From: a virus
Direction: 5' to 3' (one strand)
Length of the DNA stretch: 41,109 bases
Virus genome (UHGV): UHGV-0441209
The stretch's first letter is position 1. Every line of letters starts with the position of its first letter. Below are positions 36,460-41,109 of this stretch, piece by piece. The notes below the pieces were generated by a model. That model did not search any database. It was not told the DNA's origin and saw only the letters and a program-made list of their open reading frames with translations. A program made the position numbers and the translations under genes.

Positions 36460-36759
36460 ATGGATGAATTAGTTAAATTAGTGGAAGAATGGGCGAAAGA
36501 AAAGCATTTAGATACAGCAGAGCCTGAAAAGCAAATGCTAAAAGTGATTGAGGAAGTCGGAGAAGTTGGTGCTGCATTAGCAAGAAACAACGAAAACGAT
36601 TTAAGAGATGGTATTGGCGATGTAGTTGTGACGTTAATTATTCTCGCTATGCAAAATAACATGGACTTATACGAATGCCTAAATCAAGCATATAGCGAAA
36701 TCAAAAATCGCCAAGGGGAAATGGTAAACGGAGTATTCGTCAAAGAAGCCGATTTGTAA
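36460..36759 (+). CDS. mazG: MazG-like nucleotide pyrophosphohydrolase
   Basis: EEVGEVGAALARNNENDLRDGIGDVVVTLIILA is the EExxE...D MazG fold pattern. GGAGGA ribosome binding site before the ATG at 36460 (the track start 36382 overlaps the upstream gene). Confidence 0.65.
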   Translation: MDELVKLVEEWAKEKHLDTAEPEKQMLKVIEEVGEVGAALARNNENDLRDGIGDVVVTLIILAMQNNMDLYECLNQAYSEIKNRQGEMVNGVFVKEADL

Positions 36760-36767
36760 GGTTCGAG

Positions 36768-37202
36768 GTGGAAGAGATGCGAATTATTTTGCCGATTGAA
36801 CCTAAGCCACAAAGTCGCCCTAGGTTTGCAAGACGTGGGAATTATGTTCAAACGTACGAAGATCGAGCGATGAAAGAATACAAAAATCAAGTAAAGAATT
36901 ATCTTCGTAAATCAAGAGCAAAGTTGATTGAAAAAGGGCCAATTTCCGCACGTGTGACGTTTTACATCCATCCGCCTAAATCAGCTCTAAGCAATAAACA
37001 GAAACGCTTAGAAGTGGAATTAGAGCGGAAATATTGCGATAAAAAGCCTGATTTGGACAACTATTTTAAAGCAGTCACAGATGCTGCTGAAGGTATTTTA
37101 TACAAAAATGATGGTCAAATTGCTGTGATGGTTTGCCAAAAACTGTATAGCATGCGACCACGAACAGAAATTGAAATTATGAGTTTGGAGGAAAAAGAAT
37201 GA
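36768..37202 (+). CDS. rusA: RusA-family Holliday junction resolvase
   Basis: PIEPKPQSRPRF...KKPDLDNYFKAVTDAAEGILYKNDGQI. Confidence 0.75.
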   Translation: MEEMRIILPIEPKPQSRPRFARRGNYVQTYEDRAMKEYKNQVKNYLRKSRAKLIEKGPISARVTFYIHPPKSALSNKQKRLEVELERKYCDKKPDLDNYFKAVTDAAEGILYKNDGQIAVMVCQKLYSMRPRTEIEIMSLEEKE

Positions 37203-37597
37203 CGAAAAACAAACTCAGAGAAACAAAAAGAGCCATTCGTCAGAGAATTCTTTTTTTGACTGGTGATGATGAATCATGGATGAATAATCCAGAAATCGTG
37301 GAAGAGGTCCAGAGATTATCCAAACAACTGAATTCTAACCTTATAAGCGATAAACGACCATTACCCAAATTAGAGCCTGACAAGCTAACGAAAGAAGAAT
37401 ATCAGCGCTTATTAGACTTAGGTTATCAAGTAAACGATATTAAGAAAGCTCTTGGACTTGGAACAACCACATTTCAAAACTGGCGAAAGGCAAACGGCAT
37501 AGAAAACATAATTAAGCGAAAAGAAAACAAAACAAAAAAACGCAAAAATTGCAAACGGCACATACAGCAAGCGAGGGAAAAGCGATGGTATGTATAA
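37199..37597 (+). CDS. hypothetical protein (basic C-terminus)
   Basis: 132-aa ORF. Confidence 0.45.
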   Translation: MTKNKLRETKRAIRQRILFLTGDDESWMNNPEIVEEVQRLSKQLNSNLISDKRPLPKLEPDKLTKEEYQRLLDLGYQVNDIKKALGLGTTTFQNWRKANGIENIIKRKENKTKKRKNCKRHIQQAREKRWYV

Positions 37598-37743
37598 AAT
37601 GCAAGGGACAGATGATTGTCTGGGAAAAAGATAGATTCGGCCATTCGAAAGCAACTTCTTGTCTGTTATGCAACAAAAGTGGACAATGTGTTGCGAAAAA
37701 GTTAGCTGAGATTAGGAGGTTGAATAATGATTCTAAAATTTAG
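37588..37743 (+). CDS. small zinc-ribbon protein
   Basis: CIKCKG...CLLCNKSGQC; ATG at 37588. Confidence 0.35.
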   Translation, partial: VCIKCKGQMIVWEKDRFGHSKATSCLLCNKSGQCVAKKLAEIRRLNNDSKI

Positions 37744-38155
37744 AGCGTGGGATAAAAACACTAATGACATGGTGGACGTTAAAACAATTGACCTAGAAAA
37801 AGACGGTAGTATTGGCTGCATAGTAGATTATAACGGCATCAATTTAGATGTGTCTGAATGTGTCCTCATGCAATCAACAGGGTTGAAAGACAAGAACGGC
37901 GTTGAAATTTTTGAGGGTGATATTTTGAAAATAATAGAAGTAACAAATGAAGGTATTTCAGAATACATTACTGATGTTATTTGGGAAGACTGTTCATTCG
38001 TGTTTAAAAGTGATGGTGTAGATTACTATGACTCTTTTTTAGGGTCATTTTCAGGAGATCCAAATAAGACATACCCACTTTTTGAACTATTAGTCATCGG
38101 AAATGTATGGGATAACCCAGAACTATTGGAGAGTGTGCAGAATGAGAGATTTTAG
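37727..38155 (+). CDS. YopX-family protein
   Basis: MILKFRAWDKNTNDM is the characteristic YopX N-terminus. Confidence 0.65.
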   Translation: MILKFRAWDKNTNDMVDVKTIDLEKDGSIGCIVDYNGINLDVSECVLMQSTGLKDKNGVEIFEGDILKIIEVTNEGISEYITDVIWEDCSFVFKSDGVDYYDSFLGSFSGDPNKTYPLFELLVIGNVWDNPELLESVQNERF

Positions 38156-38495
38156 TTTATTAGATTCAGCAATTGATGAAATGGAGCGTGTGTTGCTTGG
38201 TAATAAACCACGTGAAGCAGAAGAAATATACTTACAAAATGCTATAGATTTTATTGAACGTTTTATCAAACAACTTATTGAAGAATCAAAACTCAATGAA
38301 AATCAGCAGATTGTGCTTAATTGGTTGAAAGAAGAAATGAAAAAAGAGAATATGTTTCCTATCAGTTGTCTGTGGGAATTACAATCTTGGCATGCGCCTA
38401 AAAATGTATGTAGTGCTTATCTATCTTTGGATAAGGATCGGCAATTTCAATTATTAAGTGCATTTATTGAATGGTTTGAACAGGAGGAAAAATAA
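38141..38495 (+). CDS. hypothetical protein
   Basis: ORF (MRDFSLLDSAIDEM...); the track extends it 5' into the yopX gene. Confidence 0.4.
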
Positions 38496-38762
38496 ATGGC
38501 TTATGAAAAATTACGTTTAGTAACAGCATTATTAAGTGGAGATATTTATCTTGGTAAAGCCAAAGACGGCTTGATGGATGTAAATTATCGTCGAGTAATT
38601 ACAGATGAGGCTATTCAAGCAGTGGTAGATTGGTTTTATGTAAATAAAAAAAAGACAGTCCAATTTAAAGGTATTGATGGCAAAGAGCATAGCTTATTTT
38701 ATACATCTGATAAAACAAAAGCGAAAAAAATTCTAGCTATTTTAAAGGAGGAAGAAAAATGA
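38496..38762 (+). CDS. hypothetical protein
   Basis: ORF. Confidence 0.4.
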   Translation: MAYEKLRLVTALLSGDIYLGKAKDGLMDVNYRRVITDEAIQAVVDWFYVNKKKTVQFKGIDGKEHSLFYTSDKTKAKKILAILKEEEK

Positions 38763-39100
38763 AAAATTATGATCCAAATATCCGATGGGGCCTGCATACA
38801 ATCAAAGTAAGTTTCCAACGAGGTGTATACAAAGGATTTGTTACCTTTGTAAAAAGTGGAAATTGTAAAGGGTTAGACATATTAGGCATAGACGAAGAAG
38901 ATTTATATGACATGAAATTTAAAGAAAATCCAATCAATTTTGAATGGTTTGATACAGATGATGATGGCGAAGACTGGTTTACAATGACTTTGAAAAATGA
39001 TAAAGGCGACAAATTGTTAGTCGAAGATGTATGGGAAGAGTTAAGTGAGTACATTGTGGGGATTGAAATTATTGATTTTGTAGAGGAGGAAGCAGAATGA
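38759..39100 (+). CDS. hypothetical protein
   Basis: ORF. Confidence 0.4.
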   Translation: MKNYDPNIRWGLHTIKVSFQRGVYKGFVTFVKSGNCKGLDILGIDEEDLYDMKFKENPINFEWFDTDDDGEDWFTMTLKNDKGDKLLVEDVWEELSEYIVGIEIIDFVEEEAE

Positions 39101-39375
39101 AATTTTACGAAATTAAAGAACCTTTTTTTGCATTAATCGCTGCTAAAGATGAAAAACAATGTTTAAAACTTTACAAGGATATTGTTTGCGAAGTAGAAGA
39201 CGAAAAAGAGTTTTTCGATGATATGAAAACAATTGATAAATACGAAGCGTTCAAAATGCTTGCTAAAAGTCATACTGAAGAGGGTGACAAGACTGGCGCA
39301 GAAGAAGCTTTCAATCAGTTAGAAAATCTTGAAAAAGACGGCGAAGTATTGTTGATTGACGGCGGCTTGATTTAG
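39097..39375 (+). CDS. hypothetical protein
   Basis: ORF. Confidence 0.4.
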   Translation: MKFYEIKEPFFALIAAKDEKQCLKLYKDIVCEVEDEKEFFDDMKTIDKYEAFKMLAKSHTEEGDKTGAEEAFNQLENLEKDGEVLLIDGGLI

Positions 39376-39386
39376 GAGGAATCGGA

Positions 39387-39605
39387 ATGAGTATGAGCAT
39401 TCAATCAGGAGACAAAGTAAAGTATATCGGTAAAGGAGTTCCGCAATACACAAACCAATTTTTGGTAGTAAAAACAGTATTAGTGAATGGGCTGATTCTT
39501 GAATTTCCTGAGAAAGACAAAAGAAAAGTTGCTCTTGAAGGCGGCGGCATTTGGAACATGAACTCATTAGTTTGCGGATTTAACGAAGTGGAGGAATCTT
39601 GTTGA
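39387..39605 (+). CDS. hypothetical protein
   Basis: ORF with GGAGGAA ribosome binding site. Confidence 0.4.
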   Translation: MSMSIQSGDKVKYIGKGVPQYTNQFLVVKTVLVNGLILEFPEKDKRKVALEGGGIWNMNSLVCGFNEVEESC

Positions 39606-39784
39606 ATAAACGCCAAAAAAATAAGCAATTCAAAAAGTGGCTAATTAAAAACGGATATAGCGAAGATGGGAATGTCAGGTGTGTAGAATGCGGTAAAAAA
39701 ATTGATATGAATGATAAGTGGCAATTAACTTATCAAGCATGTGATTCTACTTGTTATGGCAAAGCAATAAATGCATATCCATAG
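39599..39784 (+). CDS. small CxxC...C zinc-finger protein
   Basis: CVECGKK...CDSTC. Confidence 0.35.
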   Translation: MLNKRQKNKQFKKWLIKNGYSEDGNVRCVECGKKIDMNDKWQLTYQACDSTCYGKAINAYP

Positions 39785-39797
39785 GAGGGAAACAGCG

Positions 39798-40316
39798 ATG
39801 AATAAACAAGAATTGATTGAAGAGTTAGAATGCATAGAAGTTTCTACAGACAGCCTTGATTATTTGAGAGGTGCTGACTATGCCAACGAAAGAGCAATTA
39901 GCTTAGCAAAACAGCTAGACGAACCGAAAAAAGTCGTTGTTCCGAAGTTCGTGGCAGAATGGATTGAGTTATGCAAAGGATTAGAGTGCACTCTGTATTG
40001 CTCAGCAACAAGTAAGCTTAGAGATACGATGCATATAGAAAAAGCTAAAGAAGTATCAGACTGGCTTGATACTTTTGAAAATCATGAGTTGTTTGCTCAC
40101 GCATGGCTTGACGGCTACGAAGTCGAGAAGGGACCTTTATATCACGTTTTATTACCAGACAAAGGGGCGACTAACACAGGATATACTTTTTTAAATTTAG
40201 CGGGAGCAATTGATTTTACGACATGTAAGGAAAAGGTGGATATGTTAACAGAACAAGAAATCAAAGCAGTTGATGAGCGCTATTGGCCGTTTGCTGTGAA
40301 GGTGGATGGTGAATAA
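39798..40316 (+). CDS. hypothetical protein (DUF1642-like early protein)
   Basis: ORF; GGAGGG ribosome binding site before the ATG at 39798. Confidence 0.4.
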   Translation: MNKQELIEELECIEVSTDSLDYLRGADYANERAISLAKQLDEPKKVVVPKFVAEWIELCKGLECTLYCSATSKLRDTMHIEKAKEVSDWLDTFENHELFAHAWLDGYEVEKGPLYHVLLPDKGATNTGYTFLNLAGAIDFTTCKEKVDMLTEQEIKAVDERYWPFAVKVDGE

Positions 40317-40502
40317 ATGAAACGCAACTGGAAAAGAGTAATAAATAAAGTTAGTGGCATTGCAATAATGATTCTTGTAGCAAAAGCAACCGTGAGCCAT
40401 TTCGTGTATAGCAATGACATAACAAGCAGTGACCTCGTTTATTTCCTTTCATGCTCGTTTATTTTGGGATTAGGGCTATATTTAGGAGGTTCCAGCGTAT
40501 GA
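40317..40502 (+). CDS. small membrane protein
   Basis: Two hydrophobic segments. Confidence 0.35.
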   Translation: MKRNWKRVINKVSGIAIMILVAKATVSHFVYSNDITSSDLVYFLSCSFILGLGLYLGGSSV

Positions 40503-40699
40503 GTTATCCAGAAGTTTATATCATAGGAAGGCAAGTCGATGGCGTTTATGTTGAATACTTACATGGAGCAGAGCAAGCCGATTTATTTTTCGATTATACG
40601 ATAGCTCGTGATGAAAGAAATCATATGAATAAAACCAATACAAAAGATGGCGAATGGAGAATTTTAAAATACGGGAGGCCAATTACATTGGAGTTTTAA
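40499..40699 (+). CDS. hypothetical protein
   Basis: ORF (MSYPEVYIIGRQ...). Confidence 0.4.
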   Translation: MSYPEVYIIGRQVDGVYVEYLHGAEQADLFFDYTIARDERNHMNKTNTKDGEWRILKYGRPITLEF

Positions 40700-41088
40700 C
40701 TTATTGCAACTTTTTTACAATAACTAGCCGATTTTTTGCAAACAAAAAGCCAGCCGACCAATGGCTGACTAATGTGGTAGTTAGCACTTTTCCCAAGTAA
40801 AGTGCTAATAGTGCCAACAAATAAGGTTGACATTGTGTCTCTGGTGGAGACAGGAACTATCGATAACTGTTTTCCGCCAGTTATCATAGAAAAGGAGAAA
40901 TTTATTTCAGAAATAAAATCCCCAAGAAAGTTAATATGATTATATCATGAGTAAATGTATTTGAAAATACTATCTCATAGTACGTATTGTAAAAAGTTTA
41001 TTTAGTAGAAAATAAAAAAAGCCAGATTGCTCCGGCTGTGAGAAATATTTTCGACATAGTTATTATACCACAAAAGGAGCGATTTCAC

Positions 41089-41109
41089 TTGATTAAATTG
41101 CTAAAAGAA
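41089..41109 (+). CDS. 5' end of the ArpU-family regulator gene (TTG start, continues at position 1 if the sequence is circular)
   Basis: AAAGGAG ribosome binding site (41073-41079), 9 nt, then TTG ATT AAA TTG CTA AAA GAA. 41109 is divisible by 3, so the frame continues exactly into the ORF open at base 1. Confidence 0.5.

Larger units (their letters stand above)
1..41109 (+). mobile_element. Temperate siphovirus-type phage genome (prophage or circular phage contig) carrying integrase, lysogeny switch, replication, packaging, head, tail and lysis modules
   Basis: Canonical module order (terS-terL-portal-head-tail-TMP-lysis-int-cI/cro-replication). The ArpU gene is split across the window ends in the same frame. 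Confidence 0.85.

Noticed and set aside
1-41109. CRISPR arrays, rRNA genes, IS elements/transposases
   Set aside because: No regularly spaced direct repeats with unique spacers, no rRNA-like segments and no transposase-like ORFs were seen. The repeats found are short iterons or operator sites.

Overview
The window reads as a near-complete or complete genome of a temperate siphovirus-type phage of a low-GC Gram-positive host. Evidence for the host type: AGGAGG-like ribosome binding sites, a LysM endolysin, an ArpU-type late regulator. Almost everything is on the + strand in classic module order. (1) 1-396: the 3' part of an ArpU-family late-gene regulator. Its 5' end and ribosome binding site sit at the very end of the window (41089-41109, same frame), so the sequence behaves as a circularly closed or permuted contig. 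(2) 397-1149: a ~750 bp ORF-free region holding phased TTGGCGG repeats, an intact tRNA-Trp(CCA), hairpins and a terminator. (3) 1150-3399: small accessory genes, including a ParB/Srx-fold nuclease-domain protein followed by a 202-aa possible DNA-modification protein. (4) 3447-8633: packaging and head genes, namely terS, terL, portal, a phage-encoded Prp-type cysteine protease and a minor head protein. (5) 8920-12673: scaffold, major capsid, head-tail joining proteins and major tail protein. Scaffold, capsid and major tail protein all begin with the ribosomal-L27-like Prp cleavage motif (L/F)xLQ(F/I/L)FA. (6) 12730-22069: tail chaperones, a 1511-aa tape measure protein with a C-terminal SLT transglycosylase domain, a short distal tail protein, a large tail tip protein and a tail fibre. 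(7) 22149-23897: lysis cassette of XhlA-like protein, holin and a signal-peptide-bearing GH25/SH3b/2xLysM endolysin. (8) 24256-27307: moron region next to attP. It holds a three-gene module I read as a toxin-antitoxin-chaperone system: an MqsR-like toxin, an HTH-Xre antitoxin with a long C-terminal extension, and a SecB-like chaperone. It also holds an intact tRNA-Met(CAT), an acidic 161-aa protein with its own consensus sigma-70 promoter, and a minus-strand pair of a SHOCT-domain protein plus a 50-aa basic membrane peptide. (9) 27395-30641: the lysogeny switch. Four copies of TGACCATACTT flank the putative attP. Then come a tyrosine integrase, two small genes, an ImmA/IrrE metallopeptidase and a cI-like XRE repressor, all on the minus strand, followed by a divergent Cro-like gene with inverted-repeat operators. 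(10) 30645-40699: early and replication genes. These include an excisionase-like protein, a Rha antirepressor, an ERF single-strand annealing protein, a DUF968/HNH-like protein, a DnaD/replisome-organizer gene with embedded iterons and an AT-rich tract, MazG, RusA, YopX and many small hypotheticals. No CRISPR array and no rRNA were seen. Every functional call is a by-eye motif or family resemblance, and I ran no search or computation.
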